Of a stretch of DNA of 64,000 bases, positions 50,201 to 59,855 are shown in pieces. This stretch comes from a bacterium (GTDB taxonomy: Bacteria > DUMJ01), in assembly GCA_049970495.1 (NCBI GenBank), contig JBMFMV010000003.1:1-64000 (forward strand), written 5' to 3'. Under the pieces are notes generated by a model. It ran no database searches. It was not told where the DNA came from and saw only the letters and a list, made by a program, of their open reading frames with translations. Every line of letters begins with the position of its first letter. Positions within the stretch are counted from its first letter, which is position 1. The position numbers and the translations under genes are program-made.

Positions 50201-50849
50201 AAACCCTTTAAGATATGTAGATTATGATATTCAGACAGAACCATATCAACCGGTATATGTAAGATATTGGAGACATAATGCTGGAGCTTCTCCCGTTGGA
50301 AATCTCCCAATAGTGGTGTCTTTAAGAAAAGAAGGAGATAAAATAACTCTTTATGTGGCAAATGATTTTGTTGATAAAAAAGTTTTAGGTAAGGTTTGCC
50401 TTAGATCTGTAGGGATCGAATTAGATAAAAGAGAGATAGAGTTTGACCTTTTTCCATCTGCTTATGCTAGATATGAAGTTGCTCAATGCAAAGAGGAGAA
50501 ACCTAGTATTGTAGAAGCTTTATGGGAGTGTGATGGGCAGAGTTATAAAGATGTACTTATTTTAGGAGAGTTGAAAGCTCTAGATGTATCTTTTAAAGAT
50601 GGAAAGATAGATATATACAATCCAAATTGGTTCGAAGTGGAGGGAGAAGTTATTATAGGGGCTCCTATAGAATTGTGGGGTAAAGAACTTACTGGAGATT
50701 TTTCTTTCGACGCTATTCCTGAAAGATTTAGCTTTTACTGTAAACCTAATGGCAATTACAGTTTAGAAATTAGTGTTGAAAGACCCAATAATTGGAGTAT
50801 GGTAAAACTAGCCTATATGGGTAAAACCCTTTATCTAAGACCAAAGTAA
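47217..50849 (+). CDS. GH38 alpha-mannosidase (large, 1210 aa)
   Basis: HFHCDPVW (Zn site), LDVFGH (nucleophile), QHHDAITGT; no signal peptide. Confidence 0.9.
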   Translation: MRKIHLVPHFHCDPVWIADQNMYQEGGENLPRMTRHPFGFLDLVRSYLDCCRKDEEYTIFLSELDYLKPYWDMYPEDRKFIRYLISRRRLDLGGSYNEPNENSIGEEALVRNVLYGMTFHKLQLGADPKVYLPLDVFGHTIQLSQILKKSGFQGCIWSKHVVGFPPVFYHMSLDGSVLLHRRVDYGGHFQNIDILKEDLSLRFEETESMRIDVDLRFIGGDSDPPTEWLTGRSKELREGRIPIFLSVPSRYIEELQNRIKGKRFSIPYSSRDMAFYHIGTSLSRVELKIANRLGEIKLLKAERFATISYLLGAKYPHKALDKAWRQLLFNQHHDAITGTSGDKPYVDLMIGYRESLRLSSSILNSSLKFLSSLIDTEGQGVPIVVFNSLNWTRSDLCKIKLPVGSYKIVDSTGKIYSSLSVEKGNNVEVFFIGEDIPPLGYKVFFAIPTKNKKELIRDRGTVIENDFYRIEVDPTKGGRIKSLVYMGREFVKEERGMNELILLKEDPNRREPSWEVFTTGEKLSSSEFPADVERERNELYERLIISGRIGDFCKFRQIITLYKGIERIEFVTDIIDYKKKTSEDDMFVVVFPTTLENTLPTFEDRFGALTRRKSRGYLDFRTWQWRNYSSCGIYPAYRWVDLGPSVTIRIGSSSLPIGLTDIIIPHNKDLESNIPILLKSLANKGITASIMYDDNDMDRRSKLLSEDSTLPLFEEDIFATFRVSIGLPNNSYIERIISRLPKEVVERFQKAIEEKGYGLLLVEEDVPVLVISAKNISSLIDIFTRIEKDLADRIIDLSEDEGYISYKEVPSFGLTLINKGNISNSVENDNTIVMLLQHTARWSGKHFDFDFVPEEGTHRFIYALYPHKGTWIEAKSYKKAIEFNFELDSIVTDSHSGYFPKNHSFINFGNSDIILTALKLEGVPLAGPIMDAGDSDNIIIRVYEPCGRETCFDIYSSFPILEAQRTDLMENEITPISSFYLTPFSIETYKLSLKRNPLRYVDYDIQTEPYQPVYVRYWRHNAGASPVGNLPIVVSLRKEGDKITLYVANDFVDKKVLGKVCLRSVGIELDKREIEFDLFPSAYARYEVAQCKEEKPSIVEALWECDGQSYKDVLILGELKALDVSFKDGKIDIYNPNWFEVEGEVIIGAPIELWGKELTGDFSFDAIPERFSFYCKPNGNYSLEISVERPNNWSMVKLAYMGKTLYLRPK

Positions 50850-52345
50850 TTGAGGATAATTGCACCTATGTAGACAATTAATCCCATAATTACTAAGTAT
50901 ATGAGAGAGTAAGGGAATATTATTCTCATCAATTTCCCTTCCTCTCCTTTTTTATTTATCCCCGAGACTGCTAGAGTAAGGTTTTGTAAAGATATAAGTT
51001 TCCCTCCTGTGGCTCCGCTAGCATTGGCACTAGCTAGCCATACCTGAGGGACCCCTATACTTTTACCTGCTTCCGTCTGTAAAGTCCCAAAAAGGACATT
51101 CGAGGCAGTATCACTTCCCCCCAAGAATGTTCCTATGGCTCCTAGAAATGGTGATATAAATGGGTAGAAACTGCCAAATATCTGTATGAGTTTAATGGCA
51201 AGAAACTTAGTCATACCCGCATAACTCATAATATTAGCCATAGCCATCATAGAAGTAATAATTGAAATAGTAGGTAGGATCTGTATTAATGTCCCTAAAA
51301 GTGCCTTCTTATAGTCAATTAGTCTAGCATTTAATATTAGTCCTCCAATAATTGTCGAGATTAATATGAGTGTCCCGGGTGTATAAAGGGGATCTATCTT
51401 TATACTCTTATTTATCGGTTCAAGTCTCAGTGTAAGTGAGAGAGGATAAGATGTTAGTATTTCACTCATACCCTTGCTAAACCTTGTTATAAGTATAAGT
51501 AAAACAATCAATATATATGGAACCCATGACCTTAAATCTTCCTTAGAGACCTTTTCTTTGATATTTCTCTTCTCTACTAATCTTAAATAGAGTATTAGAA
51601 AACCTATAGTAAAGAATGAGGCTAGGATTGCAGGTAATTCTGGCCCTATATACCAGCCAACAAGACTCTGTGTTATAGCGAAAGAAAATCCAGTTCCTAA
51701 GAGAAGGAATATACTAGCAGATTCCTTAAGTTCCCTCTTTATAAAAAATGGAATAAGTAGCGTTACGGGAAAGAGCTGTAGGCCTATTGTTCCACTAAGA
51801 GCTTTTATTGGTAGGTTAGTAACTCTTGCCAAAGCTATTACTGGTACCCCTATAGCAGCATAGACAACGGGGATAGTATTTGATAGTAGAGAGACTATAG
51901 CTGACTGATATAGTGGAAATCCTAATGATAATAGGATAGCAGAAGGAACTATTACGGAAGTACCAAACCCTGCTATACCTTCAAGAAGGGCTCCAAAACA
52001 GAAAGCTATTATAAGAGCTTGTATTATCTTCTTATCAGATATGCCAGATAAACTCCTTTTGATTCCATCTATAGCTTCTGTCTCACAGATCAATCTATAG
52101 GTAAAAAGAGCTCCAAAAATAGTCCAAATAATAGGGTATAGAGAAGAGACGATCCCATCTATAATACTCCAGTAGATTATATTAATAGTAACATCCCAGA
52201 AAAATATTGCTCCTAAAATTGTTACAAGAAGAGATATGATACAGGCTAAATAAGGCTTTGTGACTCTAAATATAAGTGCGTAACAGAGCCACAGAAGAGG
52301 AATTACAGCTGATAATAGCATTAGTAGCTCTCTGTATCTTTCCAT
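50831..52345 (-). CDS. Lactate/glycolate permease (LctP family)
   Basis: FGALLEGIAGFGT, NTIPV, GTFLGGSDTASNVLFG.LQ, GGKLIS.Q. Confidence 0.9.
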   Translation of the reverse strand: MERYRELLMLLSAVIPLLWLCYALIFRVTKPYLACIISLLVTILGAIFFWDVTINIIYWSIIDGIVSSLYPIIWTIFGALFTYRLICETEAIDGIKRSLSGISDKKIIQALIIAFCFGALLEGIAGFGTSVIVPSAILLSLGFPLYQSAIVSLLSNTIPVVYAAIGVPVIALARVTNLPIKALSGTIGLQLFPVTLLIPFFIKRELKESASIFLLLGTGFSFAITQSLVGWYIGPELPAILASFFTIGFLILYLRLVEKRNIKEKVSKEDLRSWVPYILIVLLILITRFSKGMSEILTSYPLSLTLRLEPINKSIKIDPLYTPGTLILISTIIGGLILNARLIDYKKALLGTLIQILPTISIITSMMAMANIMSYAGMTKFLAIKLIQIFGSFYPFISPFLGAIGTFLGGSDTASNVLFGTLQTEAGKSIGVPQVWLASANASGATGGKLISLQNLTLAVSGINKKGEEGKLMRIIFPYSLIYLVIMGLIVYIGAIILNYFGLR

Positions 52346-52448
52346 AATATTCTATAGACCTCCTCTCTAATTTTCTAAAATTTTATCATAAAACTTCGGT
52401 CATTACTTATCTGTAATCAAAATTTTACCAATTCAGCCGTCATTATGT

Positions 52449-52478
52449 TTGACATAAGACAGTTATTTTGAGTATAAT
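52449..52478 (+). promoter_or_regulatory. Consensus promoter, probably leaderless, for the MFS gene
   Basis: TTGACA-N18-TATAAT, 8 nt before the ATG, no SD. Confidence 0.7.
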
Positions 52479-52486
52479 AGTGTTCT

Positions 52487-53704
52487 ATGTACAGAATATC
52501 TACATTTGAGTCGCTTCGATATAGAAACTTTAGACTCTTTTGGAGCGGACAACTTATCTCACTTATAGGGAGTTGGATACAGAATGTGGCCCAAGGTTGG
52601 CTTGTACTTGAACTTACAAATTCTCCGTTCTTACTTGGACTAGTAAACAGTATAGGATCTTTGCCTATTCTCTTTTTCTCTATGATAGCAGGCGTTATAG
52701 CTGATAGGGTGAGGAAGAGAAATCTAATCATAGCTACTCAGATCTCCCTTACAATTCTTGCCTTTATTCTTGGGCTTCTTACCTCTACAGATTTGGTCAG
52801 GATATGGCATGTTATTATTATTGTCTTTTTGGTTGGAGTTGTAAATGCCTTTGATATGCCTGCAAGACAATCTTTTGTTATAGAGTTAGTAGGAAGGGAA
52901 TCACTTATGAATGCTATCGCTCTGAATTCTTCTATCTTTAATGCTGCTAGAACTATAGGCCCTGCGATAGCCGGAATTATGGTTTCTTCGATAGGGATTG
53001 CAGGCTGCTTTTATATAAATGCCATAAGCTTTATCCCTGTTATTATAGGCTTATACTTGATTAACGGTGAATTTAGGGTAGAAAGGGAAGATTTTTCTAA
53101 TATTTCCTTATTAGAAGACTTAAGATTAGGTCTAATATATCTTAAGTCTAATCGAGACGTATTTATCATTATCTTGATGGTTGCTATAAATAGTGTATTT
53201 GGTATGCCTTACACGGTATTTATGCCAGTATTTGCTAGAGATGTATTTAAAGTCGGAGCTCGTGGCTTAGGTTTTCTTATGGCTTCAGTAGGCATTGGAG
53301 CTCTTGTTGACGCACTAGTAGTGGCAACCATAGGAAGATATAGAAGAAAGGGGCGTATACTCTTCATTGGTATTTCTTTGCTCTCTATATTTTTGATTAT
53401 TTTTTCACTCTCGAAGAGTTATATATTAGGACTACTTGCATTAGTCTTTACTGGATTTTTTATGATAATGTTTACTGCTACTGCTAATACACTTGTTCAG
53501 ACTTATGTTAGGGATGATATGAGGGGGAGGATTATGAGCACATATACAATGTTTTTTATTGGTATGACGCCTCTAGGAAGTCTCCAGGCAAGGGCTATAT
53601 CTAGCAGATGGGGAGTTACTACTGCAGTATTATTGGGAGGGATTCTAAATCTACTAATGGCAATTACTATCTTTATAAAGTTTCCAAATATAAAAAATAT
53701 GTGA
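52487..53704 (+). CDS. MFS transporter (H+ antiporter / transmembrane secretion effector type)
   Basis: RNFRLFWSGQLISLIGSW, GVIADRV.KR, PARQ, MRGRIMS; about 12 TM helices. Confidence 0.9.
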   Translation: MYRISTFESLRYRNFRLFWSGQLISLIGSWIQNVAQGWLVLELTNSPFLLGLVNSIGSLPILFFSMIAGVIADRVRKRNLIIATQISLTILAFILGLLTSTDLVRIWHVIIIVFLVGVVNAFDMPARQSFVIELVGRESLMNAIALNSSIFNAARTIGPAIAGIMVSSIGIAGCFYINAISFIPVIIGLYLINGEFRVEREDFSNISLLEDLRLGLIYLKSNRDVFIIILMVAINSVFGMPYTVFMPVFARDVFKVGARGLGFLMASVGIGALVDALVVATIGRYRRKGRILFIGISLLSIFLIIFSLSKSYILGLLALVFTGFFMIMFTATANTLVQTYVRDDMRGRIMSTYTMFFIGMTPLGSLQARAISSRWGVTTAVLLGGILNLLMAITIFIKFPNIKNM

Positions 53705-53717
53705 GGTGTCAAGGTTT

Positions 53718-54395
53718 ATGAATATATCTCTTTTACTAGCTTTTTGGGGTGGAATAATATCCTTCTTTTCTCCTTGTATACTACCACTTGTTCCTCTTTA
53801 CCTCTCTTATATAAGTGGGATTTCCCTCCAAGAATTGAGCTCTTCTAGAAAGACATTAATACTTAAGGTATTAGTTTTTATTTTTGGATTTTCCATCTTC
53901 TTTTCCCTTTTAGGGGCATCTGCTTCTTTCTTGGGGAATTGGCTTTTAATCTATAGAGATTTGTTGAATAGAATTGGTGGAATAATACTTATACTCTTTG
54001 GAATTTCCTTTCTAGGAATCTTAAAGATTCCTTTCTTGTATAGAGAAGCAAGGATAAATTTAAAGACCACAGGAGGTTACCTGGGGGCTTTTCTTTTAGG
54101 TTTTGTCTTTGCTTTAGGTTGGACTCCATGTGTTACCCCTATATTATCGTCTATATTTTTATTTGCTACTAGAGAGGAGTCTGTACATAGAGGTATACTA
54201 TTACTTTTTTCATATGCCTTAGGGATAGGGATACCTTTTATTCTAGTAGCACTTTTTATTGATGTATTCTTAAGAAACACCTCTAGAATAAAGAAGGTTC
54301 TTCCTTATCTCTCATTTATTAGTGGTATATTTCTTATAGTTATGGGTGTGTTTATGCTTCTTGGTAAGATCTTTAGTCAAATCTTCTTTTCTTGA
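53718..54395 (+). CDS. ccdA: Cytochrome c biogenesis / thiol-disulfide transporter CcdA
   Basis: SFFSPCILPLVP, GWTPCV; ATG chosen after GAGGTG. Confidence 0.9.
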   Translation: MNISLLLAFWGGIISFFSPCILPLVPLYLSYISGISLQELSSSRKTLILKVLVFIFGFSIFFSLLGASASFLGNWLLIYRDLLNRIGGIILILFGISFLGILKIPFLYREARINLKTTGGYLGAFLLGFVFALGWTPCVTPILSSIFLFATREESVHRGILLLFSYALGIGIPFILVALFIDVFLRNTSRIKKVLPYLSFISGIFLIVMGVFMLLGKIFSQIFFS

Positions 54396-54420
54396 CAAAG
54401 ATTTAAGTAAATGGTAAACT
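54392..54420 (+). promoter_or_regulatory. Promoter of the hrcA-dnaK operon
   Basis: TTGACA-N17-TAAACT with extended TGn. Confidence 0.75.
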
Positions 54421-54433
54421 GTTTTATGTAAAG

Positions 54434-54460
54434 TTAGCACTTGAACATATAGAGTGCTAA
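54434..54460 (+). promoter_or_regulatory. CIRCE element (HrcA operator)
   Basis: TTAGCACTT-N9-GAGTGCTAA, 1 mismatch to consensus, directly upstream of hrcA. Confidence 0.95.
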
Positions 54461-54479
54461 CAGGAGATGATAGAGAAGT

Positions 54480-55481
54480 ATGCTTACTGAGCGAGAAAAG
54501 ATTATCTTAAAAGCGATTGTGGAAGAGTATATAAATACAGGAGAGCCCATAAGTTCAAAAGTAGTAGCAACGAAGTATTGTCCTTATGTAAGTTCTGCTA
54601 CTATTAGGAATGATATGGGCGTTTTAGAAGAGATGGGCTATATAACCCAGCCTCATCCTTCTGCTGGAAGAGTACCTAGTCCAAAGGGCTATAGGTATTA
54701 TATAGAAAATATGCTGGTAGACTGTAAACTCTCTCCCCAGCAGAAAATGAGGATAAGGAAGATATTGTCGAATTTAGAGCCAGATGTAAGAGACCTTAGA
54801 GAGATTATAAAAGCTACGTCTTGGTTGATTGCTCAACTTTCCAAGTTGTTAGCATTTTCTTATGGTCCTATATCCTCTGGGAAGTTTGTTAAAAGGCTTT
54901 GGCTTACCCCTATAGATGAAAATAGTGTACTCCTTATCTATATGACAGAGACTGGGGATGTAGACCATAGAGTTATATATGCAAAATATAGTCCTGTGAA
55001 TTTAGAAAGGCTATCCAATATATTTTCTACCAAACTAGAGAAGGAAGGAATAGATAAGATAGACATTAAAGAGATACTGTCTCTTCTTCCTGAAGAAGAG
55101 CCTCTAATAAAAGAAATTATTGATTCTTTAAAGAAAGAGAGTTATTCTTATGCAGAATCTTATATAGAGGGAACAGATTATATAGATAGAATTCCGGAAT
55201 TTAATGACCCAGAAACTCTTAAGAGTCTTATTAGCATAATAAACAAAGAAGAACTGGTGATAGAGCAGATAAATGCGGCTATAAATTCTGGAAACGTATG
55301 GACTAGTATCGGGGAAAGAGGGAATCTTACTTTAGTGGTAGTACCTTACTTTGCTAAAGATTTTCCTATTGGGGCCGCAGGAGTAGTTGGTCCGATAAGG
55401 ATGAACTATAAATTTATAATACCCCTTTTGAATTTCATAAAGAGCTGTATATCTGAAATGTTATCTGTTCGCTGGAGGTGA
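54480..55481 (+). CDS. hrcA: Heat-inducible transcription repressor
   Basis: SSATIRNDM, QPHPSAGRVP, GVVGPIRMNY. Confidence 0.96.
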   Translation: MLTEREKIILKAIVEEYINTGEPISSKVVATKYCPYVSSATIRNDMGVLEEMGYITQPHPSAGRVPSPKGYRYYIENMLVDCKLSPQQKMRIRKILSNLEPDVRDLREIIKATSWLIAQLSKLLAFSYGPISSGKFVKRLWLTPIDENSVLLIYMTETGDVDHRVIYAKYSPVNLERLSNIFSTKLEKEGIDKIDIKEILSLLPEEEPLIKEIIDSLKKESYSYAESYIEGTDYIDRIPEFNDPETLKSLISIINKEELVIEQINAAINSGNVWTSIGERGNLTLVVVPYFAKDFPIGAAGVVGPIRMNYKFIIPLLNFIKSCISEMLSVRWR

Positions 55482-55485
55482 ACAT

Positions 55486-55989
55486 ATGGAAGAAGAGCTT
55501 CTCTCAGAGGAGAAGAATGATGTGCCAGCAGAGGATATAGAACTTATCAGACGGCAGTATAAAGAGTTGGAAGATAAGTTTTTTAGACTTGCTGCAGATT
55601 TTGATAACTATAGAAAAAGGATGGTAAGAGAGATAGAAGAGCTTAAAGATGTGATAAGGATAGAGCTTATAAGGACCCTACTCCCTATTTTGGATGATAT
55701 AGAGAGAGCTTTTTATTCCATCCAAGAAAATAGTGATAGCGATATAAAAGAAGGGATAGGGCTGGTAATGAAGAACTTTCAAAATTGGCTTTCAGATCAG
55801 GGAGTTAAGACTATAGAGATATCTAATAATATTTTTGATCCTAGATATCATGAAGCTGTAGTGATTGAAGAGAGTAAAGAGATAGAAGAAGATAAGATTG
55901 AAGAATTAAGAAAAGGATACCTTCTTAACGATAGAGTTATAAGACCTACTATGGTAAAAATTATTAAAAAGGTAAAGGAGGGAGAGTAG
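55486..55989 (+). CDS. grpE: Nucleotide exchange factor GrpE
   Basis: RLAADFDNYRKR, FDPRYHEAV, GYLLNDRVIRP. Confidence 0.96.
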   Translation: MEEELLSEEKNDVPAEDIELIRRQYKELEDKFFRLAADFDNYRKRMVREIEELKDVIRIELIRTLLPILDDIERAFYSIQENSDSDIKEGIGLVMKNFQNWLSDQGVKTIEISNNIFDPRYHEAVVIEESKEIEEDKIEELRKGYLLNDRVIRPTMVKIIKKVKEGE

Positions 55990-55992
55990 GAT

Positions 55993-57807
55993 ATGGCTAA
56001 AGTTATTGGAATTGATTTGGGAACTACCAACTCAGTAGTGGCATTTGTTGAAGGGGGAAAACCTACGGTAATTCCAAATGCAGAGGGTAGTAGACTTACC
56101 CCATCTGCAGTTGCATTTACACAGGATGGTCAAATACTCGTAGGTCAATTGGCTAAGAGACAGGCTATCCTTAATCCTGAGAGGACTATTCTTTCTATAA
56201 AGCGTCATATGGGGACTAACTATAAAGTTAAAATAGATAATAAAGAGTACACCCCTCAAGAAATCTCTGCTATGATACTTAGGAAACTGAAGGAAGACGC
56301 AGAGGCTTATCTTGGAGAGAAGATAGAAAAGGCAGTTATAACTGTTCCTGCTTATTTTAATGATGCGCAACGTCAAGCTACAAAAGAGGCTGGAATTATT
56401 GCAGGGTTAGATGTTATGAGGATTATTAATGAGCCTACCGCTTCTGCTCTGGCTTATGGGCTTGATAAAGAAGGCTCTCAAACTATATTGGTTTATGATT
56501 TAGGTGGTGGAACCTTTGATGTTTCTATTCTAGAGATAGGAGAAGGGGTATTCGAGGTAAAAGCCACAAGTGGAGATACTCATCTAGGTGGGGATGACTA
56601 TGACCAAAGGATAATGGACTATCTTATAGAAGAGTTTAAGAAGAAAGAAGGAATTGATCTAAGTCAAGATAGGATGGCTCTTCAGAGGCTTAAAGAGGCT
56701 GCTGAGAAAGCTAAGATAGAGCTCTCTACTCTTATGTCTACCGAGATAAATCTTCCATTTATTGCTGCTACTCAACATGGCCCAAAACACCTAAGTATTA
56801 CTCTTACTAGGGCACAGTTTGAAGCAATGACAAGAGACCTTACTGAAAGGACAAGAGAACCCATATATAGGGCACTTTCTGATGCAAAACTTGACCCTTC
56901 TAAGATAGATAAGATATTACTAGTTGGTGGGTCTACTAGAATGCCTGCCGTTCAGAGATTAGTTAAGGAGATATTTGGTAAAGAACCAAGAAAAGATATA
57001 AATCCTGACGAGTGTGTTGCCTTAGGTGCAGCCATTCAAGCAGCGGTACTTGCTGGAGAGATAAGGGATATTGTACTCCTTGATGTTACCCCACTCTCTC
57101 TAGGTATAGAGACTTTAGGTGGAATATTTACAAAAATAATAGAGCGTAATACTACCATACCTGTATCCAAGAGTGAAATATTTACTACAGCTGTCGACAA
57201 CCAGACCTCTGTAGAGATACATGTACTCCAAGGAGAAAGACCTATGGCGGCAGATAATCTGTCTTTAGGAAGATTTATCTTAGATGGGATTCCACCTGCA
57301 CCTAGAGGAGTTCCAAAGATTCAGGTTACTTTTGATATTGATGCTAACGGTATTGTCCATGTGTCTGCTAAAGACTTAGCTACAAATAGAGAACAGAGAA
57401 TAACTGTAAAGGGCGGCACAGGTTTATCCAAAGAAGAGATTGAACGTATGATTAGAGAAGCTCAAGCTCATGCAGAGGAAGATAAACGTAAAAGAGAAGA
57501 GGCAGAAGCAAGGAATCAACTTGATGGACTTCTCTATACGGCAGAGAAATTGGCAAAAGATGCTGTAGGTAAGGTAAGTCAGGATCTGATAGATAATCTC
57601 AATAAGACAATAGAAGAGATAAGATCTGCTGATAAGACTGGAATAGACAAGATTAAGGAGTTGACTAATAGATTAAACGATGCTATATATAAGGTATCTA
57701 CTGAACTCTATGCTAAGGCAGGTACTCAGCAGACATCTTCTGGTCCTTCTGGAGGACAACAAAACCCTGGGGGAGGGACAATAGATACTGAGTATAAGGT
57801 ACAGTAG
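55993..57807 (+). CDS. dnaK: Chaperone DnaK
   Basis: [25 protein letters not shown]. Confidence 0.99.
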   Translation: MAKVIGIDLGTTNSVVAFVEGGKPTVIPNAEGSRLTPSAVAFTQDGQILVGQLAKRQAILNPERTILSIKRHMGTNYKVKIDNKEYTPQEISAMILRKLKEDAEAYLGEKIEKAVITVPAYFNDAQRQATKEAGIIAGLDVMRIINEPTASALAYGLDKEGSQTILVYDLGGGTFDVSILEIGEGVFEVKATSGDTHLGGDDYDQRIMDYLIEEFKKKEGIDLSQDRMALQRLKEAAEKAKIELSTLMSTEINLPFIAATQHGPKHLSITLTRAQFEAMTRDLTERTREPIYRALSDAKLDPSKIDKILLVGGSTRMPAVQRLVKEIFGKEPRKDINPDECVALGAAIQAAVLAGEIRDIVLLDVTPLSLGIETLGGIFTKIIERNTTIPVSKSEIFTTAVDNQTSVEIHVLQGERPMAADNLSLGRFILDGIPPAPRGVPKIQVTFDIDANGIVHVSAKDLATNREQRITVKGGTGLSKEEIERMIREAQAHAEEDKRKREEAEARNQLDGLLYTAEKLAKDAVGKVSQDLIDNLNKTIEEIRSADKTGIDKIKELTNRLNDAIYKVSTELYAKAGTQQTSSGPSGGQQNPGGGTIDTEYKVQ

Positions 57808-57809
57808 TT

Positions 57810-58979
57810 ATGCCTGGTAAGGATTATTATGAGATATTGGGAGTGCCTAGAGATGCCTCCCTAGAAGATATAAAGAAGGCGTATAGAAGATTAGCTAAAC
57901 AGTATCATCCTGATATAAATAAAGATGATCCTCAGGCTAATGAAAAGTTTAAGGAGATAAATGAGGCATATGAAGTCCTAAGCGACCCCCAAAAGAGAGC
58001 TCAATATGATCGTTTTGGAACTGTTGGTGGAGATTTTTCCTCTTTTGGGGGCCAACAGTACACTACTGATTTCGGCAGTTTTACGGACTTCTCTGATATA
58101 TTTGATGATATTGGCTCCACCTTTAATGACTTTGTAAAGAGTTTCTTTGGTAGAGAGAGGGCACAGACAACTGAAAGAATACCAAGGAAAGGTTCTGATA
58201 TAACTGCTAGTCTAGATATTACTTTAGAAGAGGTGCTTACCGGAATTGAGAGAGAGTTAGAGATAAATAGAAGAGAACTCTGCGATTTATGCGGAGGAAG
58301 CGGAATAAAACCTGGTACACAACCAGAGAAGTGTCCTTATTGTAATGGAACAGGACAGATAAGGTCTTCACGTTCTACTCCTTTTGGACAGATAGTAAAT
58401 ATTATTACTTGTCCTTCTTGTAGAGGAACAGGTAAGATAATTACTCACCCCTGTTCTCAGTGTAATGGAAGAGGTTTTATATCTAGAAGGCGTAAGGTTA
58501 TGGTAAAGGTGCCTCCTGGAGTAGAGGATGGTATGAGACTTAGGTTGAGGGGAGAGGGAGATGTTGGAATTAATGGAGGGCCACCGGGTGATTTGTTTGT
58601 CTTTGTGAGAGTGAAACCTCATCCGCTCTTTAGAAGATTCGGTGCTGATTTAGAGTATGAGGCAGTGATAGATATATTTGATGCCGTATTAGGAACCGAG
58701 ATAGAGGTTCCTACCTTAGAAAGAAATATAGAAAAACTTAATATTCCTCCAGGGACTCAGTTTGGTTCTACTTTTAGACTAAGAGGACGAGGACTCCCAT
58801 TTATTAATGACGGAGGTAGAGGAGATCTTATAGTTAAGGTTAGAATAGAGGTCCCTCAAAAGTTGAGTGAAAAAGAGAGAGAACTATTATTAGAGATTGT
58901 TAGTCTGCGTGGCAAGAAAATTAATGATAGAGGTAGTAAGTCTTTTTTTGAAAGAGTAAAGAATGCTTTTGGAGGTTAA
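57810..58979 (+). CDS. dnaJ: Chaperone DnaJ
   Basis: J domain HPD, four CxxCxGxG repeats. Confidence 0.98.
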   Translation: MPGKDYYEILGVPRDASLEDIKKAYRRLAKQYHPDINKDDPQANEKFKEINEAYEVLSDPQKRAQYDRFGTVGGDFSSFGGQQYTTDFGSFTDFSDIFDDIGSTFNDFVKSFFGRERAQTTERIPRKGSDITASLDITLEEVLTGIERELEINRRELCDLCGGSGIKPGTQPEKCPYCNGTGQIRSSRSTPFGQIVNIITCPSCRGTGKIITHPCSQCNGRGFISRRRKVMVKVPPGVEDGMRLRLRGEGDVGINGGPPGDLFVFVRVKPHPLFRRFGADLEYEAVIDIFDAVLGTEIEVPTLERNIEKLNIPPGTQFGSTFRLRGRGLPFINDGGRGDLIVKVRIEVPQKLSEKERELLLEIVSLRGKKINDRGSKSFFERVKNAFGG

Positions 58980-59855
58980 TTGTCTAGGTTTTGGGTAGAA
59001 GTAAGTATAACTTATAATAAAAGAGCTTTCCCTTATCTAGACTTAGAAGATATAATTTCTAGTAAATTATGGGATATTAATTCTTCTGGGGTAGCAATAG
59101 ATTCTTCAAGTAACTATGTGAAAATAACTGGTTATTTCCCTTTAGATGCCCTTTTTTATAAAAAGCTAGAAGAGTTGGAGCTCTCTTTAGGTGAATATAT
59201 CCTTTCGGGATTGAAATTTAGTTTTAATATTTCTGAAGAGTCAGAATGGCAAAAGTTTGGTAAATTTGAACCCTTTCAGATTGGAAGGTTCTTTATTATA
59301 CCAGACGAAGCCAATTATACTATCCCAGAAGGTTTGATACCTATTTATATAAAACCTGGTATGGCTTTTGGAACTGGGCTTCATCCTACTACGAGGATGT
59401 GTATAAAGCTACTAGAAACTCTTCCTTTAGAGGGTAAATTGGGTATAGATGTGGGAACTGGAAGCGGTATATTAGCTATATGTATGTTGAAACTGGGCTG
59501 TTTACGTGTTATAGGGATTGATAATGATTTAGTAGCTATATCTGATGCTAGGGAGAACGCTATTAAAAGTGATGTAGAAGATGGTTTAGACCTTAGATTA
59601 GGAGACCTTCTTAATGACTATGAGGGAGAAAGGGCAGATGTAATTACCGCTAATCTGCTTCCTCAACTTATGCCACCGCTTTTTGAAAAGATTCCTTTAG
59701 TTTTAAATCCAAATGGATATCTTATTGTGAGTGGTTTCTCTGAGAATGAAGACGAAGAGATAATAGTTCTTGCTCGTTCTTTTGGCCTCTCCTCGAAAGA
59801 GAGACTCATAGAAGAGGGGTGGGCTGCGCTTTTATTTGCATATGACACTGCTTAG
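58980..59855 (+). CDS. prmA: 50S L11 methyltransferase
   Basis: PGMAFGTGLHPTT, DVGTGSGILAI. Confidence 0.94.
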   Translation: MSRFWVEVSITYNKRAFPYLDLEDIISSKLWDINSSGVAIDSSSNYVKITGYFPLDALFYKKLEELELSLGEYILSGLKFSFNISEESEWQKFGKFEPFQIGRFFIIPDEANYTIPEGLIPIYIKPGMAFGTGLHPTTRMCIKLLETLPLEGKLGIDVGTGSGILAICMLKLGCLRVIGIDNDLVAISDARENAIKSDVEDGLDLRLGDLLNDYEGERADVITANLLPQLMPPLFEKIPLVLNPNGYLIVSGFSENEDEEIIVLARSFGLSSKERLIEEGWAALLFAYDTA

